Shown here in pieces: positions 18,794 through 27,213 of a DNA stretch of 64,000 nt (positions are counted from its first letter, which is position 1; each line of letters opens with the position of its first letter). Below the pieces are notes generated by a model. It was not told the DNA's origin, did not search any database, and saw only the letters and a list, made by a program, of their open reading frames with translations. Source of the stretch: Spirochaetia bacterium (GTDB lineage: Bacteria; Spirochaetota; Spirochaetia; CAKZLE01); the NCBI GenBank assembly GCA_963677595.1, contig OY782041.1, positions 256,001 through 320,000 of the forward strand, read 5' to 3'. Made by a program: the position numbers and the translations under genes.

Positions 18794-20794
18794 ATGAGGA
18801 TACGACCATCGCTTCACACCAGGTGGCAGCTGCTGCTTCCGGCGGCGCTCATCGTCGCAGCTGCAGGAGTCGCCCCGTTCGCTGAAGCGGTGGTCACCTC
18901 ATTCTTCCACGACATCTACGGGCAGAGAAGCCCCGCAGGGTTCGACAACTACCGGTACCTCCTCTCAGACCGGGGCTTCTCCTACAGTCTCAGGATCAGT
19001 CTGGTCTGGGCACTAGGGAACACGGTCCTGGGGTTAGGAACTTCCCTCCTGCTGGCCTGGCGGATCTTCATGCGGGGAAGGAGGGGCAAGCTCCTCTACC
19101 TCTCCCTGGTCATCCCCTGGGCAGTCCCCGTCTATATCGCCGTCCCGGTCTGGAGGTCCTTCTTCCATGGGGACGGGGGCACCTCGCTCTTCTCCACGCT
19201 CACGGGGATCCATATAAACCTGCTCACCGACCCGATTGCGGCATTCTGCTCGACACTGTGGGTAAGCGTCTGGCTTTCGGTCCCCTTTACCGGGTTCGTC
19301 CTCCTGAGCAGCCTCAAGCGCATCCCCGGGAGCCTCAGGGAAGCCGCCATGATCGACGGGGCAGACAGCAGGCAGGTCCTGCAGTATGTCTACCTGCCGC
19401 AGATCAGGAATGCGATCGCCGTCATGTCGGTGCTGAACGTCATCAAGTTCCTGAAGGAGTTCAATGTCATCTTCCTCATGACCTCGGGCGGCCCGCCGCT
19501 GGTCTCGGGGATCACTGACCGGTTCATCATCGGGGCAACGACCACCCTCGATGTCCTGGTCTACGAGATCTTCCAGACCCGGGAGGATATAGGGATCTCA
19601 TCAGCCTATGCCGTGCTCCTCGCGGGGGTGGTCATCCTTATCATGCTCCTCTGGCTGCGGGCCCGGAAGGGGAACAGCTCACGGATCCTGCCGGCAGTGC
19701 TCACCGGTCTCGCGCAGGTACCCTTTTCCGGCATCCCGGGCATCATCCTTGCTGTTCTTTATCCGGTCAGCGGGATCGTTTCCAGGAAGGCCTTCAGGCT
19801 TACGCTCATCCTGCACGCGGGACTGACCTGCTTCATGGTCATCTCCAGGGGATTCCTGGAAGGCTTCTCCCCGGGGTTCCCCCTCGCCCTGCTGGTGTAC
19901 CTGATCATCTTCTCGAAAGACGGGGCAGCTTCCCGCCCGGTGAGGACCCCACAGGGCTTCTCACGGACTGCCACCAGACTGTTCACCCTGACCACGCTGG
20001 TCCTCTCCTGTCTGTTCATCATCGCGGCCCTGCTCATGGTGTTCATCGTCATCTGGCTGAGCTTCTCCGGCCTCGGCAGCAGCTACATAGACTCGCTCAT
20101 TCCCCCCTTCCCGACGGTTACCAACTATGTGAAGATCATCGTGGATGAGGGGATCCTCAGGCACTTCCTCAACACCCTGCTGCTCTCAGGCTCCACTGCC
20201 CTACTGCTTCCCCTCATCATCATGCCTGCTGCCTACTACCTGCTGCACCGGGGGAACAGGACCGCCTTCGGCGTCATGACCTTTCTCCAGATCCTCGGGC
20301 TCTATGGCGGTATGCACTCCCTCATCCCGCTCTACTCATTCTTCCGGCGGCTTCACTTGATCGACTCGTACATCCCGCTCGTCATGATCTACCTCAACCA
20401 CGCGATCCCCTCTGCCTTGTTCACGACGCTCGCCTATATGGAGAAGATCCCTGCTTCCTTCGAGGACCAGGCGCGCCTCGAGGGGGTAAGCGCGTTCCAG
20501 TACCTTCGGCTGATCCTCTTCCCGGTCAGTCTCCCGATCATCGGGGTGAACATGGTCCTGGCATTCATCGCAGCATGGAACGGGTTCATGGCTCCCCTGC
20601 TCTTCCTCAACACGGAGGGCAGCTTCCCCATCAGCGTCAAGCTCTTCTCCCTCGTGGGAAATCTCGCGTCAGGCTTCCCGAAGTGGAATCTCTTCGCCGC
20701 TGCATCGCTCATCAACTGCCTGATCCTCTCAGTGCTCCTCCACCGGGTACGTAAACCGATCAATGACAGCAGTCTGCAGTCCATCATGGAATGA
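18794..20794 (+). CDS. Fused MalF+MalG-type carbohydrate (CUT1) ABC permease
   Basis: 666 aa with two EAA loops (LREAAMIDGAD; FEDQARLEGVS), GFDNYRYLL, FIAAWNGF. Confidence 0.85.
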   Translation: MRIRPSLHTRWQLLLPAALIVAAAGVAPFAEAVVTSFFHDIYGQRSPAGFDNYRYLLSDRGFSYSLRISLVWALGNTVLGLGTSLLLAWRIFMRGRRGKLLYLSLVIPWAVPVYIAVPVWRSFFHGDGGTSLFSTLTGIHINLLTDPIAAFCSTLWVSVWLSVPFTGFVLLSSLKRIPGSLREAAMIDGADSRQVLQYVYLPQIRNAIAVMSVLNVIKFLKEFNVIFLMTSGGPPLVSGITDRFIIGATTTLDVLVYEIFQTREDIGISSAYAVLLAGVVILIMLLWLRARKGNSSRILPAVLTGLAQVPFSGIPGIILAVLYPVSGIVSRKAFRLTLILHAGLTCFMVISRGFLEGFSPGFPLALLVYLIIFSKDGAASRPVRTPQGFSRTATRLFTLTTLVLSCLFIIAALLMVFIVIWLSFSGLGSSYIDSLIPPFPTVTNYVKIIVDEGILRHFLNTLLLSGSTALLLPLIIMPAAYYLLHRGNRTAFGVMTFLQILGLYGGMHSLIPLYSFFRRLHLIDSYIPLVMIYLNHAIPSALFTTLAYMEKIPASFEDQARLEGVSAFQYLRLILFPVSLPIIGVNMVLAFIAAWNGFMAPLLFLNTEGSFPISVKLFSLVGNLASGFPKWNLFAAASLINCLILSVLLHRVRKPINDSSLQSIME

Positions 20795-20797
20795 AAG

Positions 20798-21298
20798 TTA
20801 GAAATCAGCATCCTTCACGATCGTGATGAAGAGCCCGCTCTTCCTCTTCTCGACCTTCATCCTTTTGAGGTACTCCTTCCTCAAGTGCTCAGGCAGTCCC
20901 CCGGCCTGCCATGCATACTCCTCGGCTACCCGATGCTCCGCATCATCAGGGAATGCGGCTGCCACGGCCCTCAGGGCATAGAAGACCCCGAAGGCATGCT
21001 GGGGGACATGTGCAGTCCCGACCGCCTGTCCTGCGGCCCGTGCCGCATTGAAGGCAGCATCATGCCCCTTCACCTCCCGGGCAGCTGCATGGGCCCCAAG
21101 TGATGCCGCCCTGATCACCGCCATGCTGAACACGCCTGTTCGGACCCACTCCCTGCAGGCTCTCAAAGCCTCCCTAGGCCTGGTATCTGCCGGGAAGGAC
21201 TCCTCGAAGAACGGGAGCACCCGTTCTACGCAGTCAGCAGCCCATGAGGCGAGGATCTTCTTGTCTTCGAGACTGTATTTCTTCATGGAACTCTCCAT
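20798..21298 (-). CDS. Imm5-like helical protein
   Basis: LASWAADCVERVLPFF..DTRPREAL..AHAAAR..AARAAGQAVGTAHVPQHA. Confidence 0.7.
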   Translation of the reverse strand: MESSMKKYSLEDKKILASWAADCVERVLPFFEESFPADTRPREALRACREWVRTGVFSMAVIRAASLGAHAAAREVKGHDAAFNAARAAGQAVGTAHVPQHAFGVFYALRAVAAAFPDDAEHRVAEEYAWQAGGLPEHLRKEYLKRMKVEKRKSGLFITIVKDADF

Positions 21299-21365
21299 CT
21301 ACAAAAGTACCAGTACTATACCGCACAAGTCCATCTCGCGGCAGCTTCTTTTCCGAAGAATCGAA

Positions 21366-21393
21366 TTTACACGTTCTTTACACACTGTTTACA
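21366..21393 (+). promoter_or_regulatory. Three TTTACA direct repeats at 11-bp period (OmpR/PhoB-family-like site)
   Basis: TTTACA at 21366, 21377 and 21388, upstream of the 4Fe-4S/FMN gene pair. Confidence 0.6.
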
Positions 21394-21456
21394 AAACCAT
21401 GATGACGTACAGCTCGGGAACCGTTATCTTTAGCTAAATACTAAGGTAATACAGGA

Positions 21457-22206
21457 ATGACTATGAGAAAGAAAGGAAGATTCTACCAGACACGATTCAC
21501 CTGGTACCAGGGACTGAGGCTGCTGTTCCAGCTGCTCTACCTCACAGCGACCGTGTTCGCCATAGTCGGCAAGGACTTCATCGTCGCGATTGCCCTTATG
21601 GCGATCGCCCTGATCGGCGGGGCATGGTTCTGCGGCTGGCTCTGCCCCTTCGGGATGGTGCAGGAATGGTTGGGGAGGCTCGGCAACCGGCTGTTCCGGT
21701 TCAAGCTCACGATCCCGCAGAAGGCGGAGAAGTACCTGAGGCTGCTTCGGTATCTCCTGCTGGCCGCCGGGACAGCAGGGCTGATGGCCCTGGGATTCCT
21801 CAGTGCCCCCTATAACACCTTCATCAGTTCGATCAGCGGCGTCGCCGCATCGATCACGGTGACTGCCTGGGTACTGCTAGGACTCTTCCTGGCAGCTTCC
21901 CTGGTCATAGACCGCCCGTTCTGCAGGTACTTCTGCACTGAAGGGGCACGATACGGGGTGCTTAGCCTGGGCAGGCTCTTCACCATACGCAGGAATGAAG
22001 AGAGCTGTGTCAGCTGCGGGATCTGTGACAGGGCCTGCCCGACACAGGTAGTGATATCGACGAAGAGGCAGGTACGGAATGCACAGTGTATCAACTGCAT
22101 GGAGTGCATCGCATCCTGCCCGAAACCGGGAACCCTCACCTACGGGTTCGCATTCACGAGAAAGAAGAAGGGACAAGGAGAAGATACAGATGAGAAAGAT
22201 GAGTAA
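21457..22206 (+). CDS. NapH/MauN-like membrane 4Fe-4S protein
   Basis: FCGWLCPFG, RPFCRYFC, CVSCGICDRACP, CINCMECIASCP. Confidence 0.88.
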   Translation: MTMRKKGRFYQTRFTWYQGLRLLFQLLYLTATVFAIVGKDFIVAIALMAIALIGGAWFCGWLCPFGMVQEWLGRLGNRLFRFKLTIPQKAEKYLRLLRYLLLAAGTAGLMALGFLSAPYNTFISSISGVAASITVTAWVLLGLFLAASLVIDRPFCRYFCTEGARYGVLSLGRLFTIRRNEESCVSCGICDRACPTQVVISTKRQVRNAQCINCMECIASCPKPGTLTYGFAFTRKKKGQGEDTDEKDE

Positions 22207-22600
22207 GGTTTCATTGGCAGTCACGATACTGCTTGTAGCGGGGATCACCATGCTGTTTAGCTCAGCACGGTTCTTCGGGCACGCATCATATGCGGAAGTG
22301 CTCGGGATCAATGTGACTGAACAGTCCTATACTGACGGTATCTACACTGGTACTGCCGACGGGTTCCGCCCCGGTATTGTGGTGGAAGTAGCGATCGAGG
22401 AGAGCTCGGTAGCATCGGTAACGGTTACCGAACACCACGAGATCGGCCCGATGTACTGGAGCAGGCCTGTATCACTGATCCCGGCAAGCGTGGTAGAGCA
22501 GCAGAGTACTGCAGTGGACACGATCTCAGGGGCAACAGCCACCAGCAAGGGAATCCTTGCCGCCGTGGAGGATGCCCTGGGCAAGGCCCAGGTGCAGTAG
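22190..22600 (+). CDS. Extracytoplasmic FMN-binding (flavinylation) domain protein
   Basis: YTDGIYTGTADG, VDTISGATATS flavinylation motif; start ATG 22190 after AAGGAG. Confidence 0.85.
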   Translation: MRKMSKVSLAVTILLVAGITMLFSSARFFGHASYAEVLGINVTEQSYTDGIYTGTADGFRPGIVVEVAIEESSVASVTVTEHHEIGPMYWSRPVSLIPASVVEQQSTAVDTISGATATSKGILAAVEDALGKAQVQ

Positions 22601-22615
22601 CACAGCAGGTGTGAC

Positions 22616-22645
22616 AGGGTCTCCCTTCAAGAGAAGGGAGACCCT
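22616..22645. terminator. Hairpin terminator between convergent genes
   Basis: AGGGTCTCCCTTC-aaga-GAAGGGAGACCCT perfect 13-bp stem. Confidence 0.75.
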
Positions 22646-22653
22646 TATTCTTG

Positions 22654-23181
22654 TTACAGCAGCGCCTCGATATCGGAGGCGATGGTCTCGGGTGTGACCA
22701 TAGGCTCATACCGCCGGATCACCTTCCCTTCCCGGTCAACGAGGAACTTGGTGAAGTTCCACCGGACCTCGCCCTCGGCAAGACCGGCACCTACCTTCCG
22801 GAGGAACTCAGCCTTCTCGCCCTCTTCCTCGACAACATTGCCCAGGGACTCCTTCTTCAGGAGGGTGAAGAGCGGGGATGCATCCTCGCCGTTGACATTT
22901 ACTTTCGCGAAGGTCCTGAACGAGACGCCGTAGTTGAGCTGGCAGAACTCAAGGATCTCCTCATCCGTCCCCGGAGCCTCGTTGAACTGGTTGCTCGGGA
23001 AGCTGAGGATCTCGAACCCCTTGCCGGAGAACTGCTTGTAGATCTTCTCCAGCCCCTCGATCTGTGGTGTGAACCCGCAGATCGTGGCAGTGTTCACGAC
23101 CAGCAGGACCTTTCCCTGGTACTCACTCAGTGAGACATCTTCATGTTTCGAGGTTTTTACGGTTATATCATATAGTTTCAT
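22654..23181 (-). CDS. Glutathione peroxidase family peroxidase (Cys type)
   Basis: VNTATICGFTPQ, FPSNQF, WNFTKFLVDREG. Confidence 0.93.
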   Translation of the reverse strand: MKLYDITVKTSKHEDVSLSEYQGKVLLVVNTATICGFTPQIEGLEKIYKQFSGKGFEILSFPSNQFNEAPGTDEEILEFCQLNYGVSFRTFAKVNVNGEDASPLFTLLKKESLGNVVEEEGEKAEFLRKVGAGLAEGEVRWNFTKFLVDREGKVIRRYEPMVTPETIASDIEALL

Positions 23182-23238
23182 AATAATTCTCCCTTGTATG
23201 TAATATCATCATAGAGTAGAGATAAATCAACACAAAAC

Positions 23239-24267
23239 TTACGGGGCGGTGGAATCATTGGTGAACGAGGGCATGAACGGGTGGAAACCCCAGTCACCGT
23301 ACTTTTCCTCGTTTCCAGAGACTGACGGATCATCATAGTCAGGTCCCAAGTCGATGACGTCCAGGTCAGATGCCATGGTCGCCGACATCTTCGAGGCATC
23401 CGTCTCATACCAGAAATTCAGGGTATTCGTAATAATCGGGGTACAGCTGATCGTATATCCTGTGTGGAATGTGAAATCATCCCAGGAGGCGTTCAAGCCG
23501 CCGACATCATTGTATGTATCGATGACCGTCTCATGCGTGGCATCATCATAGTCTTCTTCAGCACCCCAGAATACGGAGTTATCAAACTGGTCGATGATGG
23601 ATTCCGGCCCTATCCCGGAAGCAGGATGTGTAGGACTGAACGATGCTGCATCATCTTCAGCCAGGATGAAGAAATCGGTATCTGCCCCAGGTTCGATGAC
23701 TCTCCGGAGCCAGTACCACCCGTCAGGATATGCCGCAACTGGGGTACCTGTTCCATCTTCAATCCCAGAAAGATAGATCGCGATATCGCGTCTCCAATAA
23801 TCATGATCAGGGTCAGGATTGAAGTAGAATCGTACCAATGTCTGGCTCTCATCCCCATCTGCTGAAAAGATCAGATTGTACCCAGTCTCATCGGCGCTGG
23901 AAGGAACATGAAAGGCAATCTCCAGTTCCATCTCGATATAGAGGGGGGTGATGATACACTCATCATAGGTCGCACCATCAGCTAATGCATCATACGGATT
24001 GTTCAGGATGTACGCAAGGGAACCGACACCGCTGGTGAGGGTCAGGTCTATGATCTCAGGATTCGTGCTGCTTGCATTGATGATCTGCCGGTCATGTAAG
24101 GAATCTGAAGTATCATTCAGTTCCATGTTTATCACTGCGATCTTGTATTCCGTGGGGGTGACATCCCGGCTGTCATCCGTCTTCCCGGAACCGAACAGGC
24201 AGCAGGATGCTGCCGTGAAGGTGATGATCACTGCCAGGATCAGCAGTACTGCAGGTTCTCGTTTCAT
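23239..24267 (-). CDS. Hypothetical acidic lipoprotein
   Basis: Signal peptide ending TAASCC; Asp/Trp/Tyr-rich; no family recognised. Confidence 0.65.
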   Translation of the reverse strand: MKREPAVLLILAVIITFTAASCCLFGSGKTDDSRDVTPTEYKIAVINMELNDTSDSLHDRQIINASSTNPEIIDLTLTSGVGSLAYILNNPYDALADGATYDECIITPLYIEMELEIAFHVPSSADETGYNLIFSADGDESQTLVRFYFNPDPDHDYWRRDIAIYLSGIEDGTGTPVAAYPDGWYWLRRVIEPGADTDFFILAEDDAASFSPTHPASGIGPESIIDQFDNSVFWGAEEDYDDATHETVIDTYNDVGGLNASWDDFTFHTGYTISCTPIITNTLNFWYETDASKMSATMASDLDVIDLGPDYDDPSVSGNEEKYGDWGFHPFMPSFTNDSTAP

Positions 24268-24368
24268 ACATATCCCCCATGGTATCAGGTTGATGTGCAG
24301 ACTTCGTGTGCAGGCTTTTATTACTGACAGTATACCATACCGGGAGCGTCACAGACATGGTTCACGGG

Positions 24369-25136
24369 TCAATTCTCTGTTTCGGTTGTGTACCAGGCTA
24401 TGGCATCAGAGATGAAGGCAGCCAACCCTGCAGCGATCTGCTCGTAATAGTCCGTGAACCGCAGGTCATGGACATACAGGGATCCAAGCCCCTTGAAGAC
24501 CTCCATGCTGCAGCTGTAGAAGCTGCGGTCTATGTAGGCATGGTAGCGCTTCACCTGTTCCTGGACTTCAGGATCAGACGGGAGGGCCCCAGCCTGCATG
24601 AGCCGGGCTATCTCCTGGTTTATCTTCCCGCCCTCTTCCAAGACCTGTTTCCAGTCATCCTTCGAGTACTTACCGGTTCGCTTCCTGCTCTCGGCGACCA
24701 GCTTGGGATCATACGTTCGGTCGACCTCTTCGTCATACTGTTTCTGGTCCTGCAGGATCTCATCAATATCGAGCCCGTTGAACCGGTCCTTGTCACTCAT
24801 AACAGCCTCCCCCCTCAATTCTGCCAATGTCCTGTCGATGGTACCGATCACTGAACCCAGGCGGTTCCGCTTCGCACTGATCAGCCTCCTCTGTTCCAGC
24901 AGGGAAGCTTCCAGGTCGAATCCCGGGGTATACAGGACTTCCCTGATCTGTCGCAGTGAGTACCCGAGCTCCTTGTAGAGCAGGACCTGCTGCAGGTACT
25001 TCAGTTCACGAGGGCCATAAGAGCGATATCCGTTGCTCTGTGTCTCGGCCGGCTTGAGCAGGCCTATCTCATCATAATACTGCAGCGTCCTCACCGAGAT
25101 GCCGGCAAGACCTGCGAGTTCACTGATCGTGTACAT
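24369..25136 (-). CDS. MerR family regulator with TipAS antibiotic-recognition domain
   Basis: ISVRTLQYYDEIGLLKP HTH; C-terminal GLGSLYVHDLRFTDYYEQIAAGLAAFISDAI. Confidence 0.9.
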   Translation of the reverse strand: MYTISELAGLAGISVRTLQYYDEIGLLKPAETQSNGYRSYGPRELKYLQQVLLYKELGYSLRQIREVLYTPGFDLEASLLEQRRLISAKRNRLGSVIGTIDRTLAELRGEAVMSDKDRFNGLDIDEILQDQKQYDEEVDRTYDPKLVAESRKRTGKYSKDDWKQVLEEGGKINQEIARLMQAGALPSDPEVQEQVKRYHAYIDRSFYSCSMEVFKGLGSLYVHDLRFTDYYEQIAAGLAAFISDAIAWYTTETEN

Positions 25137-25155
25137 CGTTGACTCCTCTGTACCG

Positions 25156-25186
25156 ATACTACCGTATCACGGTACGTGAGGGTCAA
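25156..25186 (-). promoter_or_regulatory. MerR-type promoter/operator with 19-bp spacer
   Basis: Minus strand TTGACC-ctcacgtaccgtgatacgg(19 nt)-TAGTAT with TCACG/CGTGA dyad in the spacer. Confidence 0.8.
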
Positions 25187-25686
25187 GGGATAACTTTCAC
25201 GATCTCTGAAAAGACCGGATCATCGTCCAGTCCCACGATGAAGGCCCCCTCCGGCTCCTCCAAGTCGGCAAACTGGCTTTTGAGCATATCAGGGGAGAAG
25301 AAGTGCCCAGACCTCTGGGAAATCATCCGGTGGATCGTATCGTAGGTCCCACGCAGGTAGACCAGGAGACAGGCTCCAGAGAGCCTTCCGGTAAGGGTCG
25401 TGCGGTAGGAGGCCTTCAAAGCAGAGCAAGCCAGGACGACCCCGTCCTGCTCATGCTCTTCGAGTATCTCAGCAAGACGTTCGAGCCAGGGCTGACGGTC
25501 CCGGTCATCCAGGGGGATCCCCTCCCGCATCTTCCTGATGTTCTCGGGTGGATGCACATCATCTGCATCAATGAACGGGATTCCTTTCTGTTTGGCAAGG
25601 AGCTTCCCGAAGGTGGACTTCCCCGACCCCGATACTCCCATGACGATATAGACCATATAGGATTCTACCATAACCAAAGCTTTCAC
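25183..25686 (-). CDS. gntK: Gluconokinase (GntK/IdnK family)
   Basis: MGVSGSGKST, DADDVHP.ENIRKM..GIPLDDRDRQPWL, CSALKASYR, SQFADLEEP. Confidence 0.9.
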   Translation of the reverse strand: MKALVMVESYMVYIVMGVSGSGKSTFGKLLAKQKGIPFIDADDVHPPENIRKMREGIPLDDRDRQPWLERLAEILEEHEQDGVVLACSALKASYRTTLTGRLSGACLLVYLRGTYDTIHRMISQRSGHFFSPDMLKSQFADLEEPEGAFIVGLDDDPVFSEIVKVIP

Positions 25687-25754
25687 TGCTAATATAATCG
25701 ATAAAAAATCCTTTATTTAGCATATGCTACCTTGAATCATGTGATTATATAGTA

Positions 25755-25773
25755 AATAATGATAATCATTCTC
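25755..25773 (+). promoter_or_regulatory. Fur/PerR-family box
   Basis: AATAATGATAATCATTCTC matches the classical GATAATGATAATCATTATC at 17/19, just upstream of the SD. Confidence 0.75.
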
Positions 25774-25797
25774 AAAAAAAATAAAGGAGCCGCAATC

Positions 25798-27156
25798 ATG
25801 CGAAATGTTGACGTATTGATCATCGGAGGCGGAGCATCAGGCCTCCAGTCTGCCATCACCACCAAACAGACCTACCCCGACAAGGAAGTAGTCCTCGTCA
25901 GGAGAGAGGAGAAAGTCCTCATCCCCTGCGGGATCCCCTATATCTTCGGAACACTGGAGAGCAGCGACAAGAACATCCTGCCGGATGCCCTGCTCACGAA
26001 CCTGGGTGTCAGCATCGTCGTGGACACCCTGACCTCAATCAACAGGGAGGAGTATGAATGCACCTTCGAAAGCGGAGAGAAGATCTACTACAAGAAGCTC
26101 GTCCTCGCCCTCGGCTCAAAGCCCTCCAAACCGGGCTGGCTCAAGGGTGCTGATGCGAAGAACGTGTTCACCATCCCGAAGAACAAGGTCTATCTCGATG
26201 CCATGCTCGAGTCGATCTCCTCACTGAAGAAGATCGTCGTCGTCGGAGCAGGGTTCATCGGGGTCGAAGTCTCCGATGAGCTGAACAAGCGGGATTTCGA
26301 GGTGACCCTCATCGAACTCGAGGAGACCATCCTGAGCAAGGCATTCGACCCGGAGTTCGGGAAGATCGCTGAAGAACACCTCACCGAGCGCGGGGTGAAG
26401 ATCATCACCGGTAAGGGGATCACCGAGATCAACGAGGAAGATGGTATGGTGAAGAGCATCACTCTCTCCACCTGGGAGACCATCGAGGCTGACGCCGTCG
26501 TCCTCTCCATGGGCTATGTCCCCAATACCGATATCCTCAAGGATACCGGGATCGAGATGAACGGGCGAGGCTTCATCAAGACCTGTGAATACATGCGAGT
26601 GCTGCCCTGCAGCTCCGATATCGTGGCAGTCGGCGACTGTGCCGAGAAGCACGATTTCGTCACACGACAGGTAGACGGGACCATGCTGGCATCGACAGCC
26701 TGTGCCGAGGCCAGGATCGCGGCCATGAACCTCTACGGCCTGAGCCCCTGCAAGTCCTTCACCGGGACCATCGCCATCTACTCCACGGCGATCGGGGACC
26801 ATGCATTCGGTACAGCGGGCATCACCGAATCACGGGCTACCCAGGAAGGGTTCGATATCGTGAGTGCGAGCTTCACGGGAGTGGACACACATCCCGGCAA
26901 CCTTGCCCACACCCATAAGCAGACGGTCAAGCTGATCGTGGCAAATGACTGCGGGCTGATCCTCGGCGGGGAAGTCTATGGCGGTCACAGTATCGGGGAG
27001 CTGATCAATGCGATCGGGTTCCTCATCCAGAGCCGGGTCACGGTGAAGACGCTGGTGACCATGCAGATCGGGACACAGCCGCTCCTTACCGGGTCACCTG
27101 CCGGGTATCCGCTGATGAAGTGTGCTGAATTGTTGGTAAAAAAGATGAGAGGGTAA
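25798..27156 (+). CDS. FAD-dependent pyridine nucleotide-disulfide oxidoreductase (CoA-disulfide reductase/NADH oxidase family)
   Basis: IIGGGASG, redox CGIPY, VVGAGFIGVE, AVGDCAE, dimerisation domain; start ATG 25798 after AAAGGAG. Confidence 0.88.
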   Translation: MRNVDVLIIGGGASGLQSAITTKQTYPDKEVVLVRREEKVLIPCGIPYIFGTLESSDKNILPDALLTNLGVSIVVDTLTSINREEYECTFESGEKIYYKKLVLALGSKPSKPGWLKGADAKNVFTIPKNKVYLDAMLESISSLKKIVVVGAGFIGVEVSDELNKRDFEVTLIELEETILSKAFDPEFGKIAEEHLTERGVKIITGKGITEINEEDGMVKSITLSTWETIEADAVVLSMGYVPNTDILKDTGIEMNGRGFIKTCEYMRVLPCSSDIVAVGDCAEKHDFVTRQVDGTMLASTACAEARIAAMNLYGLSPCKSFTGTIAIYSTAIGDHAFGTAGITESRATQEGFDIVSASFTGVDTHPGNLAHTHKQTVKLIVANDCGLILGGEVYGGHSIGELINAIGFLIQSRVTVKTLVTMQIGTQPLLTGSPAGYPLMKCAELLVKKMRG

Positions 27157-27183
27157 CTCCCTTATCTCCTTCTTTTAACTTCT

Positions 27184-27210
27184 ATGCAGGATGACGTTGT
27201 CATCCTGCAT
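27184..27210. terminator. Hairpin between convergent genes
   Basis: ATGCAGGATGAC-gtt-GTCATCCTGCAT perfect 12-bp stem. Confidence 0.65.
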
Positions 27211-27213
27211 TCT

